DNA from: Tortispora ganteri
Taxonomy: Eukaryota
DNA: 62,789 nucleotides
NCBI GenBank assembly: GCA_003707115.1
Contig: PPNB01000034.1
Span: 1 to 62,789 of the forward strand
Direction: 5' to 3'
Of this stretch, positions 11,309 through 22,136 are shown in pieces. The notes beneath the pieces are model-generated. The model searched no databases, was not told the DNA's origin, and was given only the letters and a program-made list of their open reading frames with translations. Position 1 is the first letter of the stretch; each line of letters opens with the position of its first letter. A program made the translations under genes and the position numbers.

Positions 11309-11621
11309 AAGAAAACGAACAAAGAGGGTAGCTTAATAATATTTATATAATATATAAATTGTACGAGATATTGATTAGGGTTGGGGTTTAGTCTACTCAC
11401 AAAAGCAACCTGCGAAGTGCGAAAATATTTCTTTCTTTAACTATAAGTGTCAATAGGCACCAAGAGTCACGGGGAATCAGCTCAAAATTGGTTCTCGAAG
11501 CGTTCCTTCTACGTGCTCACGGTAGCCTTAGAAGAAACCGATTTGGCGATAGTGTGCCACTGTTATGAGAGCAGCGTGCTGGTCGGCAGTTCGAATATAA
11601 ATTTCATATGGAAACATTTGA

Positions 11622-11897
11622 TTAGGATTTGTGTAATTTCGCCTGTAGTTCTTTCTTACGAGCAGCAAGAATTTCCGATTCCGGACATGATGGTGTTTCA
11701 GCAGACGCGCCGTTTTTTTCGTAGAATGATGTGCAGCACTCGTAGAGCGCCATTATGTCTGCCAGACAGTACGATTCTTTGCCCGTGCGGGTGATACAGT
11801 CTAACCGGGTGGCGTTAGCGTCGAGTCAAACGCTGAAAACAGCATATAATGGCTTACCTTGAATGCGGCAGGCGTATGAATGACAAGGATGTGCCAT
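11622..11897 (-). CDS. CMC4: Twin CX9C mitochondrial intermembrane-space protein Cmc4 (MTCP1 family), 2 exons, 72 aa
   Basis: Exon 1 11897-11858, intron 11857-11801 (GTAAGC...GCTAAC...TAG), exon 2 11800-11622. Spliced product MAHPCHSYACRIQDCITRTGKESYCLADIMALYECCTSFYEKNGASAETPSCPESEILAARKKELQAKLHKS*. Confidence 0.9.
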
Positions 11898-12017
11898 GCC
11901 GGTAGTGATATTATGCAGTCTGGCGAGGTTCAAGGCAGGTGATACCCAGAAACCCAAGCACCCTTCCTGTAGTTATTAGATCACTCTAACTTCGACACCA
12001 ACCAACCTCCGAACGCG

Positions 12018-12305
12018 ATGGAAGAAAATAATACGCCAGTAAAATCAGACCCTGAGGCCAAAGTCGAACAAATTAACGTCAAAGTTACAGACGGAAATAA
12101 CGAGTTGTTCTTTAAGATTAAAAGAACTACACAGTTCCGTAAACTTATCGAAAAGTACTGTGAACGGCAGGGTCAAAGCAGATCTTCTCTTAGATTCCTG
12201 TATGAAGGTGAACGCGTAAACGACAATGACACTCCTGTCGAATTGGATATGCGCGACGGCGATACCATCGAAGTTCATCAGGAACAAATAGGCGGCGCCT
12301 ACTAG
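12018..12305 (+). CDS. SMT3: SUMO precursor
   Basis: FFKIKRTT, LRFLYEGERV and C-terminal EQIGG-AY. Confidence 0.97.
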   Translation: MEENNTPVKSDPEAKVEQINVKVTDGNNELFFKIKRTTQFRKLIEKYCERQGQSRSSLRFLYEGERVNDNDTPVELDMRDGDTIEVHQEQIGGAY

Positions 12306-12350
12306 ATACATTACTCTCTATATACTAATAATGTAAGCAATTGGTGCTAT

Positions 12351-14495
12351 TCAGACGGCCCCAACCTCCAGCCCTTGTAGATATGTCTCGGCACACAACT
12401 GTAAGTAAGGCTCTAACCGGTCTTCTTTCTGTAAAAATTCTGACACCTCGTCTGACAAGGCGGTATATGTGATGCACTCCACTGCTAGCTCGATAAGTGA
12501 ACTATCCATCTTCACAGCTTCACTCATTATTAAAAGCAATCGCAATGCCACATAGGATGTGTTCGTTCGTCTAATATCTTGAAACATCGTTTGTGTCTCT
12601 ACATCAGACGTTTCTTCTATGTTATCCTTTAAGAACAGATCTAGCACAGTCAAGCTCGTTTCAAAAGCGCGATGCGCTAATGTCGTTCCTTCGCCAATTA
12701 AACCCTTGAGTTGCGCATCAGGAGCGTCACTATTCTGGTTCCATAATTCAAAGTGAACTTGACAGGCATCTAGCGCATTGCATGCCTCGCACAATGTTCC
12801 GTAATGCTTAAATTCTTGACATTGCTTCATCAGTTCGTCGTCACTAGTATCGTCGACATACGAAAGAATTTCAAGCACTTGAATAGCGTTGCAGAACTTC
12901 TGCGCTGACTCTGCACGTCCTGCTAATAAAAACCTTCGAAGTAAAATATTGCCGCCATATACAGCATCCTCCCACATACTCGCTTCAATATACCACTCGA
13001 CAGCCTTTATGAGACTGGCGTCCGCAATCTGGAACTCCTTTTCTGATACGGGTTTTGCCGTTGACTCGTACACCGATGCGTACCGGTCAAACACGCGCTC
13101 TACTGCTCTGCGCAACGCATTTTCTATATCAATGTCCAATTTTCGTGAGAGCGTTAGTTGTTCGTGCCTGTTGACAGGATCTGTCAGATCAGCTAGTAGA
13201 ACAGAATAGAGTTCCACAATATCACCAGCTTCCAGTTGAGTCATGTATATAGGAACAATCGCAAACAGGGATTTCGAAGTCAGATAGTCAATATAGTATC
13301 CCAGTAGAGAAAGCAACGTGGCGTGATTCTCTGATGAGAGCGATTCGCCTTCGAGCTGAGCAGTAACAAGGGCGAGATGTGTCAATACTCTGAGAACTTC
13401 AGGGCTGTCTGTAGCTATTGAAAATTGTGTAACACCAGCAGATACGTTATTCATATCTTTGACGGTGTTAGTAAATAGTTCCCAAAGGTTGTTGTTTATT
13501 ATGGCACCTTGTATGATTCGTAGAGGGTTATTAGATTCGTTTGCAATGCGCACCGGGGTGTAGGACTCATCGGCGAGAATTTCAAGGATTTGTTCCATGG
13601 ATTGCACTGAAGGGTCTGTAAATTCGGTTCTTCTTTTACATGCAGCAAGGTAATTTTCAGAATTGCATATAGCAAGATGGTTTACGTATGCGAGAAAACT
13701 TGATTCCCAGGAATCAGAAACGGCAAGAAGGGGTTCAAGCTCACCTGATAGGAACGCGTAACATGCTTTCTCAAAGGCGCTTAAAGCCGGATGCGATGCG
13801 TTCGCCAGTTGAGCACACATTGCGCGCCAAAGACCTTTCCTGGTTGTGCCGGTAGGCTGCGAATCCATATCGTAATCTGTATCTGCGGTATTTTCTAGAG
13901 CGCTATCTCTGTATTCTATTAAGCCATTTAATGAGATCGAGAACTGGAAATTACCTGTTTTCGAGCAGACGTCGTGTATCTGCTGAAACTGGCCGGATTG
14001 CAGCAGGTGGTACACGTACTTAAAGAAAGAAGAGTCTACTGCACGGTCTTCTGAGGGGAGTGTCAGATCATCGCGTAGTGGTGCATCTGGGTCTAAGACA
14101 GATCGTTTAGTCTTTTTAATAGTAGCAGAAGGCCATTTTGCGTCGTGTAACTGTGGGATATCAGAAGTCGGGAAATTGTTCTGAAGCCATTGTCGCACTA
14201 TAACAATTTCGCGGGCTTTTGGGTTGACTCTATAGAGGTTCTCTTCAATGAGCGCGTTTGAGGATGTGCTAGACACGGCTAATTGGTTCGGTTTCTGTAT
14301 GTACCTAAATGAAAAGAGAAGTTCAGCTATTTCCCATGTTTTGGCTTCTAGTTCGAAGAGTTCGCTAGTGTGTAACGGTACTGTTTTGTCTTGAGCAGCA
14401 TCTATAGCGAGTTTTGCTGCGACACTTCGAAACTCATTCAGTTTACTTGAAGTATGGTTATACAATACATTCGCGAACAGTTCTTCGGCGCTCAT
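12351..14495 (-). CDS. NUP84: Nucleoporin Nup84/Nup107
   Basis: ELEAKTWE, LDPDAPLRD, LWRAMC, FEKACYAFLSG and SWES motifs; helical, 714 aa. Confidence 0.88.
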   Translation of the reverse strand: MSAEELFANVLYNHTSSKLNEFRSVAAKLAIDAAQDKTVPLHTSELFELEAKTWEIAELLFSFRYIQKPNQLAVSSTSSNALIEENLYRVNPKAREIVIVRQWLQNNFPTSDIPQLHDAKWPSATIKKTKRSVLDPDAPLRDDLTLPSEDRAVDSSFFKYVYHLLQSGQFQQIHDVCSKTGNFQFSISLNGLIEYRDSALENTADTDYDMDSQPTGTTRKGLWRAMCAQLANASHPALSAFEKACYAFLSGELEPLLAVSDSWESSFLAYVNHLAICNSENYLAACKRRTEFTDPSVQSMEQILEILADESYTPVRIANESNNPLRIIQGAIINNNLWELFTNTVKDMNNVSAGVTQFSIATDSPEVLRVLTHLALVTAQLEGESLSSENHATLLSLLGYYIDYLTSKSLFAIVPIYMTQLEAGDIVELYSVLLADLTDPVNRHEQLTLSRKLDIDIENALRRAVERVFDRYASVYESTAKPVSEKEFQIADASLIKAVEWYIEASMWEDAVYGGNILLRRFLLAGRAESAQKFCNAIQVLEILSYVDDTSDDELMKQCQEFKHYGTLCEACNALDACQVHFELWNQNSDAPDAQLKGLIGEGTTLAHRAFETSLTVLDLFLKDNIEETSDVETQTMFQDIRRTNTSYVALRLLLIMSEAVKMDSSLIELAVECITYTALSDEVSEFLQKEDRLEPYLQLCAETYLQGLEVGAV

Positions 14496-15012
14496 TTAGT
14501 GTAGTGGCGATTAACTTTTTGTTTACGTTGAGTTTGACGAGGTCAAATAGAAGATTTGTATTTTCTTAATTAGCAAAAAGAGAAGCTATTGCTGTGAAAT
14601 TGACTAGGTCAAATTTGGGACGAAACGTTTATATAGCAAATCAGCTGAAACGGCTGTTCAATTATGTAATTGTACGGACAAACGACAAAAAATAAAATAA
14701 ATTCTGAATTTCTAAGCATTTTAATTTAAAGATATTTGATCTGCAGTTTTATTTAGGCAAGAGATATTACATCAATTGCGCTACTTCCAGGTCAAAAATT
14801 GGTTAGCAACTCGCTCTACTCGGCTAGATGAGAACTCTAATTGGACAGTCTAGAAATGGAGGTAGAAATCCGTTCAAGCGATTAAGTGTATTAGCGAATC
14901 GCAGCGATTTAAAATAAATCACTAAAAAGGCAAAAAATTTCACAAAGTAGTGATTGATTATAAATAAATAGTTTTAACCGACGTGCCGAGCTAATGGACT
15001 GTTAGATCGTTC

Positions 15013-15067
15013 CCCCGCGATAGAAATATACAGTTTTCCTTTCCCCACTAATGGAGCCAATGTGGGG
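15013..15067. promoter_or_regulatory. Cluster of three Mig1/CreA-type GC boxes (SYGGGG)
   Basis: CCCCGC 15013-15018, CCCCAC 15043-15048 and GTGGGG 15062-15067, upstream of the MFS transporter. Confidence 0.4.
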
Positions 15068-15230
15068 TAATAACGTGGATCTATACAATATGGCTAACTT
15101 CTAAGCTTTAAACAAACCTAATTGCATATACACAATAAAACTTAACTGAAAAAAAGACCATATTACTCCGCCGGAGCAGCTTCGGATAGATAATTGACAT
15201 GCAAACTTATTGTTCGTCTTGTATTTACGA

Positions 15231-16694
15231 ATGACGAATACTGATACCGATACCGAAAAGAGTAATGCTGTGCACCATGAGACTAGAAGTCCCTATGAAT
15301 TGTCAGAAGAGGCGATTGTACCAGGAGAGATTGAAATTGATTCGTTGCCTCCATGTGATGACAGCTGTAGCGAGTCATCAACACCGCATGAAAGACAAGA
15401 ACTTGAACGCGATGGCGGATACGGCTGGATCACTGTTATATGTGCATTGTTGTGTCATGGATTAACTTGGGGTGTATTGACGAGTTTCGGCATCTATTTA
15501 GCAGAATACCTTGCTGCTGACACATTCCCTGGTACAACTGATCTGCAGTACGCGTTCGTGATGGGAATCAGTCTGGCTTCGCCTCTAATGACTACGGCTT
15601 TGTCAAACATCATTATATCATCAAAATGGGGTGGACCCAGAATATCCATATACATAGGCTGCGCGCTCTATTTTGCAGGCCTATTTGGTGCTTCATATGC
15701 AACCAAAATATGGCAATTATTCCTTTCACAAGGGCTTGCGTACGGCTGTGGTACTGGACTGATCTTCAATGTATCGATGACTGTGCCACCAAAATGGTTC
15801 TTTAAGCATCGCGGTATAGCAGTTGGCATATCGACTGCCGGTACAGGCGTTGGAGGCGTCGCCTTCGCAATCGGAACTGCCTCTATGATCACCAACCTTG
15901 GAATCGGATGGAGTTTCCGTATCACTGCCATCATCGCCACAACGTTGCTCATCATCTGTGGGTCGTTCCTCAAGTATCCGCCAGAACAAACCCACCACCT
16001 GTTCAAGCCGTTCCAGTTCGATATCCTCAAGAAACCTGAGTACCTCTGTACAGTGCTCTATTGTCTGCTAGGGCTCATGGGCTATATGGGTTGCGTTTTC
16101 TCCATCCCGACATTCGCAATGTCTGGTCTTGGTTTCAATCGCAGCCAAGGTGGCATGGGTACCGCACTATTCAATGTCGGTATGCTCTTTGGACGGCCAA
16201 TTGTAGGTCAGGTGCTCGATATCGTCGGCGTAATTAATGGCTCACTTTTCTCAGGATTCGTCACTGTAATCCTAGCGCTTGCCTTCTGGGTAACACTCTC
16301 GACATACCCACAGTTCCTTGTCTGGGCGTTGCTCATGGGAAGTATCTGTGGCAGCGTTTGGACTACTGCTGCACCTCTAGTCGCAGAAGTCGTACCTATT
16401 ATGGACCTCGGTACTGCACTTTCAATGTTCTGGGTTCTCGTCGCACCTGGAGCATTAGTCGCAATGCCTATTGCGCTTACCCTTCGCACTGCAGACCCAA
16501 CACGTGCAGATTTCCGAAACGTTGCTATTTATTGCGCTTGCTGCTACCTCGGCTCTAATATCGCCTTAATGTATACCCGCTGGTGGGTCGTCAATGTACG
16601 GCTTTCCGAAGAGGAACGTATCAAACGGCTACCACCACAGCGTAAATGGTTCCACTTCTTCTATGGCAAATGGTACGGCTGGATACGTGCATAA
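15231..16694 (+). CDS. MFS monocarboxylate-transporter-like protein (Mch family)
   Basis: DGGYGW motif, WQLFLSQG, KWFFKHRGIAVGISTAGTGVGG and about 12 hydrophobic segments; first ATG at 15231. Confidence 0.88.
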   Translation: MTNTDTDTEKSNAVHHETRSPYELSEEAIVPGEIEIDSLPPCDDSCSESSTPHERQELERDGGYGWITVICALLCHGLTWGVLTSFGIYLAEYLAADTFPGTTDLQYAFVMGISLASPLMTTALSNIIISSKWGGPRISIYIGCALYFAGLFGASYATKIWQLFLSQGLAYGCGTGLIFNVSMTVPPKWFFKHRGIAVGISTAGTGVGGVAFAIGTASMITNLGIGWSFRITAIIATTLLIICGSFLKYPPEQTHHLFKPFQFDILKKPEYLCTVLYCLLGLMGYMGCVFSIPTFAMSGLGFNRSQGGMGTALFNVGMLFGRPIVGQVLDIVGVINGSLFSGFVTVILALAFWVTLSTYPQFLVWALLMGSICGSVWTTAAPLVAEVVPIMDLGTALSMFWVLVAPGALVAMPIALTLRTADPTRADFRNVAIYCACCYLGSNIALMYTRWWVVNVRLSEEERIKRLPPQRKWFHFFYGKWYGWIRA

Positions 16695-16894
16695 TAATGA
16701 CACAATGGTATATTTTCTTTCCTCTACCTAGATGCGCTTCTTTTTTTCGCTGATTCTTTTACCGCTCGTATTGTGCCCTAATTGGCCGCAAATTATGAAC
16801 TCAGGACCCCTATATGTCCAAAGCCCAATACCATTCCCCCATCCTACTCCACCCAATCATTATCCTGCATCTACTAGACATCCGATTTTTTTCA

Positions 16895-18224
16895 ATGTAC
16901 AAAGCAGCACTTGACTGTCCAGTTTTTGACGCCTGTTTCACTACAGAAAAAGAATTTATAGTTGTCGGTGGTGGCGGGCCTGGCGGACATGGTGTCCCCA
17001 ATTCCATAGTAAGTAGTACCCCACACTCATATTCATATGTGCGAATTCTAACCATTCTAGACTGCTATGCAGTTTGATGAAACCCTCACCCAGACGGCTT
17101 TATACAAACTCGAGGGTAATACACAGGCTCCTTCATCCGTAGATGTATCGCGATCTGGTGTTCTAGCTCTTGGTTGTACGCGCGACGACAACGACAGCGA
17201 TAATGGCGGCCACCTGAAACTGTTCGATTACGACCTTAGCGCTAAATCGATCCAATTCACCAAATCGGTCAATGTGTTTGCTTCCGCCAAAAGCGAAGAA
17301 GATCTCTACCAAAAATATACAAAATTTGGCGCCAATGATCAGCTGATCGCTGTAGGATCTTCGCTCGGCGATATCGCTATCCTCGACGCCGATACACTAA
17401 AAGTTGTATTCACAAAGAAATTGCCTGACAGGCTCGAGTCTATGGACTTCAAGGGCCTCTCGGTAGTTGCATGCACAGAATCAAATCTTTACGTATGGGA
17501 TCTATCGAACAAACTCAAGTCTTACAATGTTGATTACGATTCAGACACGGAAGGTGATTTAGACGACGAAGTCGCTGACGCGATCGAGTCGGCTGCGGCT
17601 AATATCGCCACAAATGGCGTCAACGACGCCGTTAGACGACGTCTACAGCGCGTTTCCTCTTTATCGCGAGGTACTGCAATCGCAACACGCCACTCTTACT
17701 CTGTCACAATAACTACGCCAGACCGCTTCCGCTGCGTCGCTTTCTCTGACGCTCAAATGGTCTACGCCGCTATTAACATATCGCCGAGAAAAGGCGCATA
17801 TATAGTGTCATATTCTATTGATTCAGAGTCACCCACTCTCAAAATGACCGCAACTCATAGCCTCAAAACTACCGCAGTTACTGCACTCGCTGCCTCCTCA
17901 AAATACGTCGCCGTCGGTAACGCTGACTACAGCATCACGCTGCTGGATTTGAACCTAAGAGCACTCAAATCTATTAAAAAGGCGCATACGTTCTCCATTA
18001 CCAATCTCAACTTCTCACCTTCTGGAACACATTTGGTCTCTACGTCCGTTGACGCCACCGTGGCGTATGCAGAACTCCCTACAACGTACAGTAGCCCCTA
18101 TATGACCGCTCTGTGGCTGCTGTTGAGCGTTCTTGTGCTTATTGCATCGACTTTGGTTATGACTATGGTACTCCAAATCAACCTGCCTGTCACTTTCTCC
18201 ATATCCAGGCATCTTTCGCTATAG
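16895..18224 (+). CDS. SEC12: Sec12/PREB-like WD40 GEF for Sar1 with C-terminal TM, 2 exons, 425 aa
   Basis: Exon 1 16895-17008 carries VGGGGPGGHGVPNSI (Sec12 K-loop-like). Intron 17009-17060 (GTAAGT...CTAAC...TAG) joins it in frame to the 17067 ORF. AHTFSITNLNFSP WD repeat and C-terminal TM. Confidence 0.82.
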
Positions 18225-18240
18225 TGACAGACGTTGTCGA

Positions 18241-19113
18241 CTAGAGATAAAACTGTTTCTTGTCGACGTCCATCTTCGCTGTGCGTTCCCACTCCAATTC
18301 CTGTTTGATCCCCTGTTGAACGCGCTTCAGTTTGAGCGTGAACTGCGGACCGAGTTCTTGTAAGCCTACTTTTTCTTCATTGCGAAATATATATCGGTGT
18401 CTTCGAAAGAAGACATAATCTCTTTGATTGTGTAACGTGACGACTTGACGACCGAAGAAGTTGGGCTGCTGTGGGAACAGACTCTGAAACATACGGCCGA
18501 CTGTTTTGCCTAACCTTGTTGAAAAATTATTCATAATTAGTTCTGGTACGTGGCTAGTTGCGCGGCCATGGTTTCTGATCTCTTCAGTGAGCTTCAAAGA
18601 GGTCAAATTGAAGTACATTGTGGGTCCTTCTGGTAAGTGTATGAATGTGACCCCGTTGACTTTCTTCTTATCCTCGTTCAACACCAAAATATCTGTATAA
18701 TTTTGTTTAGTAGCAGATTTCGCAATATCTTTGATTTCATATTTAAGACTTCTTTTCATAAATTCACTGTTCGGTAGCACATCCACCAGCTGTTCCCCCA
18801 ACTGGTACCCTTCCTTCTTCGCTTTCTTACTCGTCGTTATCAAAACTTTAGGCGGCCGACCGTCAAAGTAACTTGAAAATGTGTCCAGTTCGTCTTCTAT
18901 TGGTTCATCCATAGTTTCATCAAATATTCGCTTACTTTCGATCGTTTCGGGCACATTGTTCGCTAACCGCTCCGCTTTTGCTTCAGGATGATCCAGCTCG
19001 TATTTTGTCCGTGCAGCACGCATTTTGTGCTTACTACTACTCTTCTCTATCTTCGCCTTCAAATACTCTTTCTGCCGCTTCTCCTTATTGGCTATCTTGT
19101 CTGTTTTGCCCAT
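18241..19113 (-). CDS. RPF1: Brix-domain ribosome production factor
   Basis: HLPEGPT, PELIMNNFSTRLG, TLHNQRDYVFFRRHRY and LQELGPQFTLKL motifs. Confidence 0.95.
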   Translation of the reverse strand: MGKTDKIANKEKRQKEYLKAKIEKSSSKHKMRAARTKYELDHPEAKAERLANNVPETIESKRIFDETMDEPIEDELDTFSSYFDGRPPKVLITTSKKAKKEGYQLGEQLVDVLPNSEFMKRSLKYEIKDIAKSATKQNYTDILVLNEDKKKVNGVTFIHLPEGPTMYFNLTSLKLTEEIRNHGRATSHVPELIMNNFSTRLGKTVGRMFQSLFPQQPNFFGRQVVTLHNQRDYVFFRRHRYIFRNEEKVGLQELGPQFTLKLKRVQQGIKQELEWERTAKMDVDKKQFYL

Positions 19114-19235
19114 TTTCGCTCTTTCAAAGGTATGCCAGAAAAAAAAAAATGGGTTGCTCTAAAACTACAATCTAACTACTACTCCCAAACTTTAATCTCC
19201 AAAGAAAGCAAAGCATGCCATATGTAAGCACACAA

Positions 19236-20789
19236 TTAATTGTCATCAAATCCCTGTCTAGTATAGAAAGTTTCCCAAATTTCAATCGCTTCCTTTTGTG
19301 CTTCCACAGCAGATTCCAAAAATGTCTCGATAGATTGATGGAAATCGCTCTTACGCGCAGAATCCAGCCGCTTAAATTCCTTTTTGATCACCCCGCCGAT
19401 CTCCTCGAACGCCACCTTCGCCTGTGTCGCCTTTGCTTCAGCGTTGGTCACCTCCATCTGTTGCTGCGCAAGCTTGTCCTGCTGCGTGCGGCCCTGGCGG
19501 CGGATCTTGTCTAGAACCGACCGTTTGCGGTTCAGCTCGGTGTCTAACTGCTGCCAGTTTAGAAACAGTTTCTGTCGCTGGTCCAGTGTATGCCTAAACG
19601 ATCCAATGTAGCAGATATACTCCTCTATAGTCGCGCCAATCGTCATCATATCTTGCATGCTCTGGCGCTCGTACACCGCTTTGATGCGATCCTCCACCAT
19701 TCCCAGATTCGCAATCAGCTCCGATAGCGATCGTGAAATCTCCACGCCCGCCAGTTCATGCAAACTTTCCGACAAGTTAGACGTTGCTTGCGCGAGCTCT
19801 TTGCGCTGTGCGACTATCGCATCTACGGATTTTGACATCACTCCGAGCTGAGCTGCAAGGTCCTCAGCGTATACTTTAGTATCCGTAAACCACTCGTCGC
19901 TTTCGACAAACTTAGGAGCAAACCCAAATCCAAGCGAGTTCATGAATCCGCCAGAGCTTGTTGGCACATCGTTCTCTCTGACAATATGTTTTGCGTCAAC
20001 TGCAAATGTCTCTGACTGCAAGAAAAGTCTGAAACTGGGGTCCAGCTGCAAGGAAGGATGCTCAGCAATTCTCTGCAGCATCTTCTCAAGAGCGATCCTT
20101 CGCGTTTCAATAAAGTCGTCTTCGAACCTACCCACAAACTGTTTTTCCGGGGGCGGTGGTACAATCACGCCCGGATTATTATCTTCAAGTGCATGGTACA
20201 GCCACCTGAAATCTTTATACCGTCTAGATACTGAACTCTCTGTAGCAAACTCAGGAGCGTTCGTGGACGTATGCACTAGGTACACTATATGTGCACTGGT
20301 TATATCTGATATTCGGGTAGGGTCGCCCACGTTGATATCAAACTTATGCAGTTTTTGCGCGACATTTGTATCGGCATTCTGCTCGGAATTAACTGTGTTT
20401 GTAGGACGTGAAGTTTCAGGCACGCTGGAGAAGGCGCGTACAGCCGGCGTAGCAGAATCGCTCAGCGACACTGACTCCAAGTCCTTTTCGAGGTCGTTTA
20501 GTTGGTCGTCGTCTTCTCCGCCGTCATCTTCGCCGTCCACTAGCGGACCAAGAGGGTTAGAGCCTTCTGATAATACCTCGACGTCCATAGATTTCGGTTG
20601 TTGCACCTTTTTGCCATTAGAGGCGGTATTAATGGCGCTGCTATTGCCTTCGTGAGCCGCGGATGTCTCCGAAAGAGTAGGGTCCACGTGGTCATGCTCG
20701 GTTTCACCACCAGACATCAGTTCCGATTGAGCACGCGAAAGAGATACAGCATCTTCCCAGGGTGATTTCAAACTCTCGTCTTCTGTCAT
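19236..20789 (-). CDS. VPS5: Retromer PX-BAR sorting nexin
   Basis: PX domain (VSRRYKDFRWLY, PPPPEKQ, FIETRR) plus BAR domain ending QKEAIEIWETF. Confidence 0.92.
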   Translation of the reverse strand: MTEDESLKSPWEDAVSLSRAQSELMSGGETEHDHVDPTLSETSAAHEGNSSAINTASNGKKVQQPKSMDVEVLSEGSNPLGPLVDGEDDGGEDDDQLNDLEKDLESVSLSDSATPAVRAFSSVPETSRPTNTVNSEQNADTNVAQKLHKFDINVGDPTRISDITSAHIVYLVHTSTNAPEFATESSVSRRYKDFRWLYHALEDNNPGVIVPPPPEKQFVGRFEDDFIETRRIALEKMLQRIAEHPSLQLDPSFRLFLQSETFAVDAKHIVRENDVPTSSGGFMNSLGFGFAPKFVESDEWFTDTKVYAEDLAAQLGVMSKSVDAIVAQRKELAQATSNLSESLHELAGVEISRSLSELIANLGMVEDRIKAVYERQSMQDMMTIGATIEEYICYIGSFRHTLDQRQKLFLNWQQLDTELNRKRSVLDKIRRQGRTQQDKLAQQQMEVTNAEAKATQAKVAFEEIGGVIKKEFKRLDSARKSDFHQSIETFLESAVEAQKEAIEIWETFYTRQGFDDN

Positions 20790-21130
20790 TGTTCACGCAA
20801 TTCTCCTCGATGTGTGGGTTGATGGATAAACTGATGCAGTTCGCTCAGTCCGACGTCAGTAATAACTTTCTACATATATGTAGTCATAGCAACGAGGCGA
20901 TTGTATTACCTGTTATGTCCGAATGCTGCAGTACTCAAGACGACCGATTTGATATATTTAGATATTGATTCACTAGATAGTGTTCTTTTTTATAACATTA
21001 CTTAACATTAGTTACATCTTTGGTACGTTGTACAGTAGAATGCATTTATTTGCCTATATAGGGTAATGTTACCGGTACGATATATATATATAAGTAGTCC
21101 CAAATTTCAAGACTAGGGAATTGATCGAAG

Positions 21131-21994
21131 ATGACCGGCAAATTCGAAATTTCGAGCGAGATTGCATCTTTTGGAGGTAAGATCCTCAAATTGACGCACG
21201 AGAGTGCAGTTTTACATTGTAAAATGGCGGTTAATTTGTATTTGCCACCAAATCAAGGCAAAGTTCCTGTACTCTTCTACTTGTCGGGGTTGACCTGCAC
21301 AGGCGACAATTGTCTAGAGAAAGGTTTTCTACAGGCACATGCCTCTAAACTCGGTATTGCAATTGTGTATCCGGATACTTCACCACGTGGGCTAGGTATT
21401 GCTGGCGAAGATGATTCATGGGATTTTGGAACAGGTGCTGGCTTTTACATTGACGCACTAAAGGAACCATTCAAGGGCAGCTACAATATGTACACCTACA
21501 TCAATGACGAGCTGCAGCAACAGCTGTTCAGCGAGTTTGACCAGCTCGACAGCTCTCGTATCTCAATTTCTGGTCACTCCATGGGTGGTCATGGTGCATT
21601 GACTATATTCCTTAAGAACCCGGGTAAGTACAAGTCTGTATCTGCATTTGCCCCGATCTCTAACCCGATGAACTGTCCCTGGGGCCAAAAGGCGTTTTCT
21701 GGATACCTAGGAGATGACAAGCAGGAATGGGCTAAACACGACGCAACTGAACTTATTAAAAAATACTCCGGTCCGAAACCGACTATTCTGATTGACGTCG
21801 GCACCGGCGACAATTTCTACAAGCAGAAACAATTGCTTCCTGAAAACTTCGAAGACGCCGCCAGATCAGTTGGCTGGGACCTTCAGGTACGGTACCAGCC
21901 AAATTATGACCATTCGTACTTCTTCATCTCAACTTTTGGTGCAGACCATATCGCGCATGCTGCGAAGTTTCTTGGCACCAATTCGACTTTGTAG
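21131..21994 (+). CDS. S-formylglutathione hydrolase (esterase D)
   Basis: YLSGLTCT, PDTSPRG, WDFGTGAGFY, GHSMGGHGA and YDHSYFFISTF motifs. Confidence 0.95.
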   Translation: MTGKFEISSEIASFGGKILKLTHESAVLHCKMAVNLYLPPNQGKVPVLFYLSGLTCTGDNCLEKGFLQAHASKLGIAIVYPDTSPRGLGIAGEDDSWDFGTGAGFYIDALKEPFKGSYNMYTYINDELQQQLFSEFDQLDSSRISISGHSMGGHGALTIFLKNPGKYKSVSAFAPISNPMNCPWGQKAFSGYLGDDKQEWAKHDATELIKKYSGPKPTILIDVGTGDNFYKQKQLLPENFEDAARSVGWDLQVRYQPNYDHSYFFISTFGADHIAHAAKFLGTNSTL

Positions 21995-22136
21995 TTATTT
22001 TTTTTTTCTTATTTTTTTTTTCCCGCATCTGTAAGTGTAACCGTTGCCAGCCGCGAAGGTGTCGTGTGCACCACCACATCGTACCTTCCCGCATCCTCTT
22101 TACCCACTTAATTGCTTTAACATACAATATAAAGCC

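Noticed and set aside
11447..11794. 115-aa plus-strand ORF in the track
   Set aside because: GTG start, no recognisable domain, and antisense to CMC4 exon 2.
19942..20655. Long antisense ORFs (237 aa here; also 43755-44435, 61110-61655, 25068-25574)
   Set aside because: Shadow frames of well-supported genes with no independent motifs.
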